A stretch of DNA of 64,000 bases. It comes from Callorhinchus milii (taxonomy: Eukaryota). Below are positions 50,815 through 64,000 of this stretch, one piece after another (position 1 is the first letter of the stretch; the number at the start of each line of letters is the position of its first letter). The stretch lies in NCBI RefSeq assembly GCF_018977255.1, contig NW_024704742.1, positions 54,748,001 to 54,812,000 of the forward strand, read 5' to 3'. A program made the translations under genes and the position numbers. A model generated the notes under the pieces. It had not been told where the DNA came from, made no database searches, and worked only from the letters and a program-made list of their open reading frames with translations.

Positions 50815-51250
50815 GTGTCAGCCTGACTTGGTAGCACTCTCACCTTCCAGTTCAAAGGTTATGGAGTCAAGCCCCATATTTGAATTTTGAAGTTATATAG
50901 ACTGACACTCCAATGCAGTGTCGGAAGTGTGCAGCAATGTTGGAGGTGCCATTGTTCGAATAAGACATTGAACCAAGTTCCCATCTTCCTGTTTAAGTGA
51001 ACGTTAAAAATCTCATTGCACTATTCTAGAAGAGACGGGAGTTCCTCCTGGTACTTTGACCAACAATTCACCCAAACAAAATTGATCATTTACTTTATGG
51101 TAGTTTGTAAGACATTGCTGTGTGTAAAGTAGCTGCTGTGTTCATCTGTGAATACAGTGACAGCACTACAGTATATTCTTGAAGCGCTTTGAGGGGTCCT
51201 CCTGATGTGAAAGGTGATACCAAATGGAAGGATTATGTTTATTATTAATA
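50815..51250 (+). mobile_element. Near full-length Deu-domain-type SINE (SacSINE1/AmnSINE-like)
   Basis: gtgtcagcctgacttggtagcactctcacc..ctgacactccaatgcagtg..ggaggtgcc..gaataagacattgaacc..gctgtgtgtaaagtagctgc..aagcgctttgagg..aggattatg. Confidence 0.75.
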
Positions 51251-53649
51251 AGATTGAGGCCAAACTCAGAGTATGCCAAGCAGTTTACATCTGAGAAAAA
51301 GATTTTCATTCAATCTGATCAGAATTTCAAATCAGTGATAAAATGGACAGTATTCTGATCTGTTTTTTTTCAGTGATCATATTTGTTGTCTCAGGGACAA
51401 ATGTTTGATATCACAAACTATATACAGGACATTTAGGATCTGTGACTAACAATATCCTACTAAATCGTCACTTGCTGCTGATACCTTTTTTTTTCTTGAT
51501 AAAATTGTATTAGTTAATTTTATTAAGCTGTAGACATTATAATTCTTGCATTTGATATAGCACCTTATCAGGTCGTCAAGTGTAGTGACTATTTATTGGA
51601 AAACGTGGTAGCCCATTTGCACACAGCAATATCCCCAAAACAGCCATAAAGTGAATGACCAATAAGCAAGTCCTATAGACTGACCGCTTAAGACCAACAA
51701 CGTTTTAATTTGGCAATTATACAGATGTTCAGAACCCGCCAAAAAACATAGGTAGCTTCATAGTTACTAAATAACTGTTTCTTAATACACCATACAAAGC
51801 AGAATACTCCAACAGATATGTTAGATTTAATATGCAGCAGTGCACCAGAAATTATTAATAACTTATGTACAACAAACCACAACATTGTACTGATTGAAAA
51901 ACTGACAATGAATCATTGCTGGTTGAGCCAAGTTATCCTCTAACTCAATGTGAATAAGAGAGAAACCATTCTACTCAGCACCGGCCAACATCTCTTCTGG
52001 CTCTGACATCCTCAATCTCCCTGGCCCCTCTCTCAAACGCTCTGAATCCACCTCCAGCTTTCCCTTCTGCCTAACATCCAGTCTGTCACCAAGACAGTCT
52101 TCCTTCACCTCAATCACATCACCCACCTCCGTCGCATCTCATACCCAGTGGTGCTGAAACACTTATTTATCCTTTCATTATATACCGCTTTGACTTTTTC
52201 AATGCCCTCCTCGCTGCTCCCCAGCTCCACCATTCACAAGCTGCAACTCATCCAAATCTCCACTGCTGCATTCTCATGTGCCAAGCACCCCACGGCTGAG
52301 CAGTCTCCATTGAATGATATAAATTTCACATTTCACTTGTGGAAAAATATACAAAGTAAAATCTGGAAATCTTAATTACAATTGTTTTTTTTCATTGTTA
52401 AAATAAAAAGAACAATCTCCATGTAATATAAACAACACTAGCTTGCCATCAGTGAATTAATTACAGGTATAATCATTCTCTGGTTTCAGGAATTGAGCAA
52501 ACTGCGATTTCATTCCTGTTTTTTCGGTTGAATATCTGTACTGCATCACTGCCTTGTAATGCATTGAGTGTTGTCTATTGTCTTTAAGGGCCATTAAAGT
52601 CTGTATTAGTAGCAAAATAATTCTAGGTATTATCATAACAATCCTTACATTTGATATAGCACCTTTCACCTAGGGAGGGCATCAAAGCGTTTCACAGGTT
52701 TTGCTGTCGTGACTGTGTTTTGTAGAGAAACAGGGCATCCTATTTGACAATACCCATGAAGTGAAAAAAGAAATTTATCTGAGGATTGTTGACCAGGAAA
52801 CCAGGAGAAATTCCCTTTTTTTTTCAAATAATGTGTGGGATCTTTAATGGCTACCTGAACAGGCAAACGGGACCTGAGTTTAATGGGTCATCCGAAGGAC
52901 GATAACCCAACAATACAGCGCACTACATACAATACTAAAAGAATAATTTACATTTATGTAGCACCTTTCATGCAGGGTAGTGTCTTGTGACTACATCTGA
53001 GTGTAAGACTAGTGTCTGAGTTCAAAACCCTAACATGAGACTTGAACTATTAAGATTCTGACTCTGAGGCGAGAATGCTATCAACTGAAAAAGGTCTTTT
53101 TTTTCCCTTCAAAAAGCAGGAGGAAAACAGGGTGGAAATTGAAAAGAAACAAATCTCAGTTAAATTTGGCATTTAATTTGGGACATATGCTCATCTCGCA
53201 TTAGAAAAACGACTTGGCTGCAATGCCAGACCTGTGAATACACTCAGAAGCCACTTGATCACAAAATACAGGGTTTTGAGCATATTTGTGGGACCGGCAT
53301 TGAAGTGGGCAGTGTTTCCAGTCGCATATTCAATACCATAACCAGTGTAACTGCATATTCCTTGGACTTGCATGGTAGCCAAATGGGCTTTAGGACACTC
53401 ACAATTGTGGTGGCAAAAAAATTCCAAAATTCAGATTTAAAAAGTAAATTTCAATTAAATTGTTTTAACAACTGACTTTCATTAAACAACTGGATTTTTA
53501 TCGGTGAAAAAATGGTTACAGAAATCTTTAATGATCCTTAATTATCTTCCATGTATGAGGTCTTCTAAGAATAATTCAGCAGATTGCATTGATTTGTCCA
53601 TCTGGCTTACTATTCTATTTTTTTCATTTTTATTGTATTTTAAATAGTA

Positions 53650-56037
53650 TGTCAAGGCCATCTTGGATCACTTGCTCATCTCCCTCTCCTCCCATATCCC
53701 TCACCCCTCTTCCAAGCCGACCACCCTTTTTTTCAGCCCTTGCAAGAAGGTCCCCCCCGAGTCCCTCACAAATGCCCTCTTCCTCTCCCTCTGGCCCTCC
53801 ACCCGCAGCGATCCTGATGCAGCCATCAAGCTGCTGAATGACCATCTCTCCACAACCTTCAATTCTCTGGCTCCCCTGAAATCCAGGATTGTTTCCAAGC
53901 CCCCCCCCCCCCCCGATACATCAATCATCTCCACTCACTCAAAACACAAATCCTGATGCTTGAGCGCAGATGGCAGAAAGCCGGCCTCGCGATTCACCTC
54001 CAGCTGTGGCTCGAACACCTATCGCCTCTCCCTTTCACAGGCCCAAACTCTCTTTTACTCAAGTCATCCTGGAGGCAAACAACAATCCAAAGATGCTGTT
54101 TTCCACCGACCATCACTACCTCCATGCGCCCCCTCAAGCCCCTCTAAGCTCACATCAAACTCCAAGTGCAAAGAGGACCTAGACTTCTTCGCCTCAAAGA
54201 TTGAAAACATCCACTTGGCTGTATTGTCCTCTCCACCCATCCCTCCCCCATGTCCCCTTCCACCCCTCCCAGACCATCCACACCACCTTCTCCCTCTACC
54301 ACAGCTCCTGCCAATCCCCCTCCTTAGACTCCTTTGCCCCCATTTCTCCCTCCCTCTCAACCACAATCACCCACATGAAGTTCATCACCTGCTGCCTTGA
54401 TCCCCTGCCCACCCAGCTGTTGGTCACTCAATTCCCCTTCCTCTCCCCCTGCTGGCCAACATGGTGAACCCGTCTCTCTCCTCAGGCTCTGTTTCTCTCT
54501 CCCTGAAAACCGTTGTTATCACATGCGTTCTCAAAAAAAAACCATCCTCGATCCCTCTAATCTCTCACACTACCATTGCATTTCCAACCTACCTTTCCTT
54601 GCCAAAGTCCTGGAATGCATTGTTGCAGGTCAACTTTGGTCACACAGCTCTCTCCACTCCCTCCTTGAGCCGCCGCAGTCTGGTTTTTGCCCTTCCCACA
54701 GCAGAGACCTCCGTCTCGCCCCCTCCCTCGTCACCTTCAAGACTCGCCTCAAGACCCTTCTCTTCGACCGTGCTTTCAATATCCCTGCCTCCCCCCACCC
54801 CAACCCTCAGCTCAGGTCTGTAACTCCCGACATGAAATGCGCTATATAAACTTAATGCTGTTGTTGTCAAAGTCACAAATGACGTTCTCTTTATCTGTGA
54901 CCAGGGCTCCCTCTGCCTCCTCGTCCTCCTGGATCTCTCTGTCGCGTTCGACACAGTCGAGCAGGCCATCCTCCTCCATCGCCTCTCCTCCCTCATTCAC
55001 CTCAGTGGGACCACACTCGAATGGTTGGAGTCTTACTTAACTAACTGCCTCCATTTCATCTCAGCAAATGGTTTCTCCTAACGCCGTCACCTGCAGGGTA
55101 CCCCAGAACTCCATCCTTGGCCCTCTTCTTTTCCTTACCTATATGCTCCTTCTTGGCGACGTCATCCGCAGACACGGGGTAAACTTCTACATGTATGTGA
55201 ATGCCACACAAATCTACTTTGCCTCCTTCAGAACCAACTACAGGTCTGCCGATGTTCTATCAGCTTGTCTGGCAGCCATCAGGGCCTGGATGAGTGCAAA
55301 TTTCCTGCAGCTGAATGTGGACAAGACGGAATCTGAACTCCAACCTCCCTGGGCTTTCCCTCACAGTCACCAAACCAGTGCACAATTTAGGCGTCTGGCT
55401 TGACCCCCAGCTGTCCTTCCTCCCCCACATCCGGTCCCTGACCAGGACCGCCTTCTTCCACCTCCGCCACATTGCCTGCCTCCGACCATACCTTACCACA
55501 AATGCAGTCAAATCGCTTGTGCATGCATTTGTCACCTCCCACCTGGATTACTCAAACGCACTCCTCGCCGTCTCCCCAGCCCCACTATTCAAAAGATCCA
55601 GCTCATTCAGAACTCTGCCGCCCACATACTGACCCGGACCAAACTCCGTACCCACATCTCACCAGTTCTGGCCAAGCTCCACTAGCTCCCCCATCACCGA
55701 ACGGATCAACTTCAAGATCCTCACGCTCTTGTTCAAATCCCTTCACTGTCTGGCATCTCCCTACCTCTCCGACCTCCTTACTCTCCAATCCACCACCCGG
55801 TGCCTCCACTCGACTGGCACCGGCCTCCTGCTTGTCCCTCGCACCCTCTGCCCTACCATCGGAGGTTGCGCTTTCTGCCACTATGCCCTGAAACTCTGGA
55901 ATACTCTCCCTCAATCCCTCCGGCCCCTAACCCCCCTTTTTCAAGTCCTACCTGAAAACCTTCCTCTTTGACCGTACTTACGGTCACTTCCTCTCCCCCC
56001 CACCCCCCGGCTCAGTCAGGCTCTGCTGCTGTTGTTG
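53650..56037 (+). mobile_element. Longest L2 remnant (about 2.4 kb, decayed ORF2) with a nested short L2 3' end at about 54707-54866
   Basis: CCLDPLPT, ISNLPFLAKVLE, QSGF, VPQNSILGPLLF..YVNATQIY, NFLQLNVDKTE, VHAFVTSHLDYSNALL; multiple frameshifts; (GTT)n tail. Confidence 0.92.
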
Positions 56038-56969
56038 TATGACCAAGTGTACACTTCTGCAGTCTTGTTGGAACCAATAATATATTTGCCTCTGCATTTA
56101 TCTGAGGAATATATTGGGGTTGACCAATATACTGCTACTTATTTGTTTTGTGAGTGTTCTGTTTCTAGTGTCTGCAATGATTTATAGAATACAATGGAAT
56201 GCATCTTGGTTTTCCCAGTAATAAAATAGGGCTTTACTGCAACCTACCATACTTGTAACCCCAAATTATTTTAAATTTAATTCTCAGCCTACCATTTTAA
56301 AAAAAATGGCAGTCCCCCAAAAGTCTAAACAGTATAATGTTAACTCAGCAATGCATGTTCATTAGCAAGTTTTCATAATTTTAGAGAAAGCGTACCTCAT
56401 TTTTGCAAACAGTTTCTGAGTAACCAAATCTGTACATTTGCAAATTACCTTGTTAGTTTATACTTTCTTGGAAATCCCAAATTTGCTTCCTCTGCACTAT
56501 ATAGAGAAAATATGAATTCTGCTTGAACATACCACATGCACGTAGATTAGTTTGGGCAAATCACACATTTTAAGACTTCAGAGCAATGCTGTACAAGATT
56601 CTCCTATTCCTCTGCCTTATCAATGGAATATTTCTGTACAACTCCTGAGTTTATTTTAACCAATATATGCCAGCAGCGTGCCAGCTTACAATCTAGCATT
56701 GATATGAGAGCACAAGCTGTTACCCATGCCTTGAATTGGTCCTATAGCAGCACTCAGTAATAATCCTTAATTTTGATTATAATGCCTATAACATTGAAAA
56801 CTTCCCCAAGGGCTTCACCAGTAATTGCTGTCAAGTTTAGTGGTTGTATAATTGAAGGCAAACATGGCAGCCAATTTGTGTTCAACAAACAGCAATGAAA
56901 TGAATAACCAATCTTTATTTGGGGGTTTGGTGGCCGGACACCTGGAGAAACTCCCTTCTCTTTTTAAAT

Positions 56970-57415
56970 CACCCCTGTTCTTGCTGGCTTGGTTTCACTG
57001 GCTCCCTATCCCTCAGAGAATCGAGTACAAAACCCTTGTTCTCACCTTCAAAGCCTTCCACAGTCTTCTCCCCCCTACCTCTCTGACCTTCTAACGCCAT
57101 ATCAGCCTGTCCGTTCCCTCCGCTCGGCGGACACCGGCCTGCTTCAGGTCCTGCACACTTCCTGCCCCACCATTGGCGGTCAGGCATTCAGCGTCTCTGC
57201 CCCCACACTCTGGAACTCTATCCCGCAATCCCTCCACCTCACCCCGTCTCTTGCCTCTTTCAAGTCCCGTCTAAAGACCTTCCTCTTCGACTGTGCTTTG
57301 CTCCCACTTCTCCTGGCCCCAACTCCTAGCTCGGGTCCAAAAGCCCCCGACTGTCTGGTGCCCTGGACATCTTTCTGACATGAAGGACGCTGTACAAGTG
57401 TGATTTGTTGTTGTT
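56970..57415 (+). mobile_element. L2 3' fragment inserted in a minus-strand Deu-type SINE (about 56760-57580)
   Basis: FHWLPIPQRIEYKTLVLTFKAFH...LWNSIPQSL..FKSRLKTFLFD; SINE pieces on both sides. Confidence 0.8.
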
Positions 57416-58410
57416 AAATAATGTCCACTTGAAATGCAGATAAGACATCAGTTTAATGGCTCATCCAAATCACAGCACCTCTGACAGTGCAGCAGAGGGA
57501 TTCACAGACTGAGCTCAAAGTTACAACGTGGGCTTTGAACTCACAACCTTCTGATCCAGAGGCACAACCAACTGAACCAGAAACTCAAGTGTGTGTTTTT
57601 TATTGTAGAAAAATAATCTGTTTCATTACTTTTGTGTTGGTTTCCCACCAACAATATAATACTGCAATTAACCCAGATAAGAATTACACAATAAGGCATT
57701 CTTTCCCCTTCTATTGTGTCGAAGGTATCATTCTGGGCTTTCGCCTCACCGGCAGCAGTTCTCTTTCACATTGAATAAAATGTCAATCACTGTTTCAGTT
57801 CTTTGTTTTTATCTTAAAAGCAAATCAAAATCTGTTCCTATAAAGCCACTGCAAAGCAGACCAGTCTTAGCACATCAGGTGTTTGGTTTTTAATGTAATA
57901 AAATGGCTGGTTGCGTTTTAAAGGGAGTTGATTCTTAATTTTCATCTAGAATAATTTTATTTTGTTTAGTTAACTTAATTTGCCAGGTATATTCACAGTT
58001 ATTAAAGAGCTTGGCAGCAGTTTAGTTTAGGATTGTGGAGCCTAGTATGGGAAACGACATGGGCTGCAGAGGTCCTCGTCGTCTGAATCCTGTGATGAAG
58101 TTGTTCATGAGGGCCTTGGCGGCCCAGGAGAGGAATGGCGGGAGCTGGCAGTGTTACAGATCTGAAAGAAAGCCGAGCGGGCAACAGCACAGATGTGGGT
58201 TTAAAGGACAGTTGGGAGTCAAACAAGACACCAATGTTCAGCGGGTTGATGCAATCAGTGCCTGAGGTGAGAAGGCGCTGATGGGAGATGAGCAGAAGAG
58301 TCAGGATCTTGTCTATGATTAATTGAAATAACCATTGTCATTGAATTATTGGCCATTACTTAAATTGTTGAACTCTGTTGAATTGAGTAAATGAATGTGT
58401 TTCTATGCAG

Positions 58411-58442
58411 GAGTTCACCCTCGGAAATCGCTTACAAGACAG
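58411..58442 (+). CDS. MICU3: MICU3 coding exon 3 (32-nt mini-exon)
   Basis: ttctatgcag|GA GTT CAC CCT CGG AAA TCG CTT ACA AGA CAG|gtgagt gives (R)VHPRKSLTRQ; phases 1/0 bridge exons 2 and 4 and correspond to the KSLSKQ segment of MICU3. Confidence 0.88.
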
Positions 58443-59506
58443 GTGAGTGATTATTACTCATTTATTTGACATTTATCACTTCTGCAGTAAGGGATTCAGG
58501 TTCACAAACATTGAAGGAATCAAATAAGAAATGGAAAAAGCATTGTGATATGCCTAACTTGGTTTAAAATGATAATAGCAATGATAATATATTGAGTTCT
58601 GTATATACAAAGGACATAGGCCATATATTTGAAATTATGAATCACCAAGCACAGGAAGCCCAGTTAGTGCTCTTATGGAATCTTCTCCTGCTTATAGCAC
58701 TCGTCTCCTGTGGACTTGCACTAAATGGAATGACTATATACCTGGCTTTTGGTGCTGATTGACCAGCTTCCAGTGCTACAAAACAGCCAAGTTTCAAATT
58801 GTCACTTCCTATGAGTTTTTAGGAAGTGCTGTCTGTGGGGACCTAATGAATCCAAAGGGTCTATTTCTTTAGCACTTCACTTCAACAACAACAACAACAA
58901 CTTGCACTTATATAGCATCCTCCATACAGGGTAAGCGTCTCAGTGCACTTAAACACTTATACCACTGTTGGTGAGTTATTGATCCCAGGCAATTGCATTA
59001 TAAAGAGGTTCTGCTGGACTGGCAAGAACCTGATGCAGGTTATAAATAGTTTACATTTTTTACAAAGTCATTGCATATCAATATGTTCACTGAGAATGCA
59101 CCTCTTCCATTTGGCCTGATAGTCTGTGTTCCAGAAATTTAATATTCTTCTTTGCCATAATCGCACATGATGTTTGGTTACCAACAGCAGAAAAAATACA
59201 CTTATGGAAGAAATATCACTGAAGCAATTTCCCTTTAAGCATAACCCAGTAGCCTAGCTTGAAATAGATATTGCAGATTAATACTGGTGGTTGTTAGACA
59301 CCAGTCGTTATATAATATAATATTATAAAACAAATGTGTAGTGCAGCCCCCGAATAATGTGCTTCACTGTAACGTGAATTTACTTATACCACAGTTGCAC
59401 TGTGGACTCACTGTGGACTTTTCACTTGCTTTCCATGTACCAGCTGACATTTTGCATTAAAATTAGTTTTCCCTGCTTGAATATTGTCTTTATTAACTTT
59501 CGTTAG

Positions 59507-59585
59507 GAATTGGAAAATGTGCTCATAGAAACTCCTCCTGTTTGGAAAGGCACTTCAAATCTTTTTCGAACTTTACAAGACAGAG
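59507..59585 (+). CDS. MICU3: MICU3 coding exon 4 (79 nt)
   Basis: tttcgttag|GAA TTG...AGA G|gtgagt translates ELENVLIETPPVWKGTSNLFRTLQDR(G), matching MICU3 ETPPVWKGSSKLFR. Confidence 0.96.
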
Positions 59586-59954
59586 GTGAGTGAATTAGAT
59601 GACAATGCTGATATTTTTTGGAATATTTAAACTGTGTGTTTAAAAATAGGATCCAGGTTTCATTGTGTTTAGAATCCACAAGCATTTTTATAATATAGCA
59701 TCAGTCTTACCTTTATAAATTGAAAATTGCCGAAGTTGTACGTTCACCCAAGTTCCATTCAGTTTCATATTAAAAAAACCTCAGATTTCTTTGCCCAAGT
59801 TGTATTAACTTGTAATTCTGTTTCGCCCATCCTCCATTACTCCCGCACTTACCGGTGGCATTGAATCGTGGGAAATAACGTCATGACCCGTCAACGAATG
59901 CATATTTACCGGCTGGCAGCATTGAATCATGCGAGACGTACTTTTGATCTGGTC

Positions 59955-60950
59955 AAACAACAACAACTTGCATTTATATAGCTCCCCTCACGCAGGGTAA
60001 GGTCCTAGAGTGCTTGACAATGGCAGAGCATGACGCCCAGCCGGGGGGAGAGGGAGGTGACCGTAGACACAGTCGAAGAGGAAAGTCTTCAGATGTGACC
60101 TGAAGATGGGGAAGGAAGGGGCAGTGGGTAGTAGGTTGAAATCGATCCGTTTGGCGATAGGGAGCCAGCAAGCTTGGCTAGAACTAGTGTACGGAGTTTA
60201 ATACCGGTGAGTGTGCAGGCGGCAGAGTTCTGGATCTGCTGGATCCTGTGCATGGTGGAGCTAAGGAGACCGGCAAAGAGGGCATTTGAAAAGTCGAGTC
60301 AGGAGGTGACGAACACATGGACGAGTGGTCGGGTCTATCTAGGGCAAGGTACGGTCGGAAGCGGGCAATGTAGTGGCGGTGGAGAAACAATCCTGGTCAG
60401 AAATCGGATGTGGGGAAGGAAGCACAGCTGTGAGTTGAACCTGATGCCTTGATTGTGCACCGGTTCGGTGAATCTGAAGGATAGACTGGGGAGGTTGAGG
60501 AGTTCAGAGCTGCAGGACAGAAGATGTTGACTGGAGCCAAGGAATATGGCTTCTGTCTTGTCAATATTTAGTTGTAAGAAGTTTGTGCTCATCCAGGCCC
60601 AGATGTCTGCCAGACAAGCTGACAGAACATCAGCAGACCTGGAGGAGGAGCTGGAGGAGGAGAAGTAGATTTGTGTGTCATCTGCATATGTGTGGAAGTT
60701 TATTCCATATAAGCAGATGATATCACCAAGAGGTTTGTTAGATTGGACTCGAACCAGGCTAGTGCGGTCGCACTAAGGTGAATGAGGAAGGAGAGGTCGT
60801 GGATGAGGATGGCATGGTCAACTGTGTTGAACACGACAGGGAGGTCTAGAGGATGAGAAGTCAGAGGAAGCCCTGGTCACAGAGAGAGAGGAAGTCATTT
60901 GTGACCTTGACAAGCGCTGTCTCTGTGCTATGGGCAGAAACCAGACTGTT
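59955..60950 (-). mobile_element. L2 fragment
   Basis: MSTNFLQLNIDKTEAIFLG; (CAA)n tail at about 59955; homologous to 16275-17550. Confidence 0.85.
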
Positions 60951-62691
60951 GAACAAGACGTATTGAATCGCGGAAAATATAGTCTTGATCCGTCACTGCA
61001 TGCGCACTTATCGTCTGCAGTGGCGAAGTACCGCATGCTCACTGACCAGCTGCATTGAATTATGCATGTGCAGTGTAGATCATTGATTAAATCGGATTTT
61101 ATATAACTTGTACGGTTTGCCTGTGACTTTGCGTAAGTCATATTAAATATTGTGGTCTCAACTGATACGACTTATGTGAGTTTTACTGCAGTAAGTTTGA
61201 CCTGCAGGTCAATAGTTGCCTTTCAATATTTACTTTTCAATTTGCTTTATCAGCAGCAGAATGCTGCAAGGGTTACTCCTGAATTCTTTAACAAGACCTT
61301 AAGAAGCTATAGTGACCTTTTTCCACCCTTAATGCTAAAGATTTTAATTCTAGTTTCTGGGTGTATGAATGCTCAAATAGCATTAAGGACAGATGATTCA
61401 TAGGAGATTTCTCAACATTCTGCTTCTCTATGCTTGTCTACTTTTTTTTGTTAAAATCAGTGAACATAATCATTTGGGCCTTTGATGCTCTCAGCTATTT
61501 GGGTTCAAGAATTTCCAGTTAACAACATGATAACTGGGGGAGCAAATGTAATTCAAAGGTTAAATGTTTGTGAAACAAAGGAGTGATGTCTGCCACACTT
61601 TTCAAAGCACATTGCATGAAAGTAATTGAAAAATTGCTAAAATTACTGTTATTTTCCTACCTTTTGTTGGTATGAGTGTTATGTGATTTTAAAAAAAAGA
61701 CCAACATTTCCAGAATGTTACTTGTTGTTGATGGATAAAGCTGCCATTAGGGCTTTGAAGAGTTAATTCCTTCATTTTGAATACCTGTGATGCAGGTACT
61801 TTTCTACACTCAGAACAAATACTTGTGTTGGAACTGAAACTAAGCACCAGAACTGGGTTGAAACCTGTTAATCCTGGTGTTGAGTTTCAAACCAAAGCAC
61901 AAAGGTATTATATTGGCCATCAAACAAAGCTCATCTTGAGAAAGGCTTGTGAAGGCACTCGAGGATGTCTAAGTCTGTTTGAGGTCCATGGCTAGCAAGA
62001 CAATTTTATGTTCTTACTACTGATCATTGTGAATAGAATTAACTCTTAGAGCAGCATTGAGTTACAATGTATGGAAAAAAAAGCTTTTTGGGAGGTGTTG
62101 CTTTGGAATTTTTCTGCTTAACGACATCTATTTGAACTTTTGCTTTGTCAGTGTCAATTATTTAGACTACAATTTGAGACCATTCACAAAGATAGCGAAA
62201 CTTTGTAGTTCAATGGGTATTAAGTATTTTTGCAATATAAACATTACTTATTCCTTGAGAGATGGTATTGTTATAAATTTACCCTCTGGACTAGAAGTTT
62301 ATATTTGGATACTGCAGGATTGTGTGTAATCCTAGCATACCAGTGTAAATTGTATTTACTATAGGAGATTCATCATGGGATTTATGTCACGAATGGAAAC
62401 AAAATTTCTCTTGAAGATCAATTGTTATTTAGTAGAGGGAAGTGTTAAAGTGGGATCTGATTAAGACCCAACCTTCCCAGGTTTTTTCGACAACACATAC
62501 AAGTACTGTATTTTCCAAATGTGATCAAACCTATAACCAATTTGTTTTAAATTGTATCTTTGGGAATAATGTGGAGATAACTGGACATTAAAAGGAGTCT
62601 ATACATTTGCGTTGAAAATCAAGCTATTAATACATTAAGACTAATTAACATGCATTTCTGTTGAGTTTTAAAACTGTTTGTACAGTAGGAT

Positions 62692-63040
62692 GATAATAAC
62701 AATCCTTGCATTTGATATAACACCTTATCACGTCTTTGAGATGTCTCAAAAAAGTCACAGAATATACTGTAAAGTGAATTGACTGTATAGTTTGTGAGCG
62801 AAACAAGGCAACCAATTGCACACAGCATTGTCCCACAAATAGTGGCCACTTTTTTTTTAAGTGATTATTAACTCCAGAAAAATGATCCGCCAATCGACTA
62901 ACAATCAGGTTCCTACTTACTGCTAGGTAAACAGATGTGGAGTAAGGAAACTTGCCCAGCGTTTCGCCCTGCTGGGAATTGAACTCAAGAGAGAGTTGCT
63001 TGAGAGGCGAGTGCTCTAACCACTGAGTTGCAGGACTCCC
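62692..63040 (-). mobile_element. Full-length tRNA-derived SINE (reverse orientation)
   Basis: Reverse complement begins ggggagtcctgcaactcagtggttagagcactcgcc and ends aaatgcaaggattgttattat. Confidence 0.9.
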
Positions 63041-63169
63041 CTAATGACCTTACAAGGGAGCTGCCTTTGGAGAGCTACCACCAACTTGCAATTACATAAC
63101 ACCCTCCTTGGGACGTCCTCCCGATGTGAAAGGCGCTACACACATGTAATTTTGTTGTTGTCCACGAGA

Positions 63170-64000
63170 GTCACGTCTCAGAGCGCTTAACATTGGCGGA
63201 ACTTGATGTCCAGCCAGGGAGAGGGGAAGTGACTCTTCAGGAAGCTCTTCCGATACAATATAAAGACTGGCAAGGTGGAGGGATTGTGGCAGAGTTCCAG
63301 AGCACGGCCGCCGATTGTGGAGAAGAAGGGTCGAGCGACGTGTAGGCAGAGCCAGCTGAGCAAAGGCAGTGGGTAGTGAAGTGGGGTGTAAGCAGGAGGC
63401 GAAGTAGGGAGATGCTGGGCAATGAATGTTTTGTAAGTAAGTGTGACAATCTTGCAGTTGATCTGTTATGCAATAGGGAGCCTTGCAACGATGGGGGTGA
63501 TTGTGCTGCAGAATTTTGTACAGGTGAGAATACCTACTACGGGGGGTTGAATCAGTTACATTTTATGTGTGGTGAAGCTGGGAAGATTGGCAAGGATGGG
63601 CATTGGAAACATCAAGATGGAAGGTGACAAAAGCGTGAATGAGGATTTCAGATGCATTGGTTGTGAGTTACAGTTATAGGCAGGTGATGTGGTGGAGGTA
63701 GAAGATAGCAGTCCTGGTCAGGGACCAGATGTGGGATGGGACAGACTGTTCAAGGTCGAACCTGATACCTAGGTTGTGCTTAACATCGGTGTGATTTGAT
63801 GGTGAGCCAGAAAGTGGGGTGAGATGACGAAAAGCACAGTCAAAGAGAAAAATCTTCAAGCGAGATTTGAAGATGGGAAGAAAGGGACACGATGGAGGGA
63901 TTGAGGCAAGGAGTTCCAGAGTTTTGAGGGCACAACAGCTGAAAGCATGGCCACCAATCATAGAACAGAAGAAATGTGGGATGTGCAACAGACCTGTTCC
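63170..64000 (-). mobile_element. Degenerate L2 3' fragments
   Basis: IGGHAFSCCALK..FKSRLKIFLFDCAF, LTRTAIFYLHHITCL. Confidence 0.75.

Noticed and set aside
53650..56037. Intact autonomous LINE
   Set aside because: Multiple frameshifts, a degenerate catalytic motif (YVNATQ in place of YADDTQ), a nested insertion, and no ORF1.

Overview
Vertebrate genomic DNA, most likely from a cartilaginous fish (inferred from the repeat repertoire: L2 and CR1 LINEs, shark-type tRNA/Deu-domain SINEs, a Penelope-type palindromic repeat). It contains a complete three-exon FGF20 gene on the minus strand (CDS 8459-8186, 5245-5142, 1882-1637; 207 aa). Head-to-head with it are the first four coding exons of MICU3 on the plus strand (21621-21908, 45756-45909, 58411-58442, 59507-59585; the gene continues past the window). 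The most notable object is a 1.0-kb chimeric retrocopy in MICU3 intron 1: a spliced, decayed WEE2 cDNA fused to the 3' half of a SINE, inserted as one unit into an L2 element between TATAAA direct repeats. This suggests a host mRNA was mobilised through an L2-type 3' tail. Other highlights are a palindromic element carrying a minimal hammerhead-ribozyme core about 0.9 kb upstream of the FGF20 TATA box, a 541-bp MITE with perfect 33-bp TIRs, an 86-nt pre-miRNA-sized hairpin, a G-quadruplex-rich minisatellite growing out of a SINE at the MICU3 promoter, and several nested L2 insertions. Exon boundaries were read base by base. Repeat boundaries are approximate, and family names come from motif recognition, not database searches.
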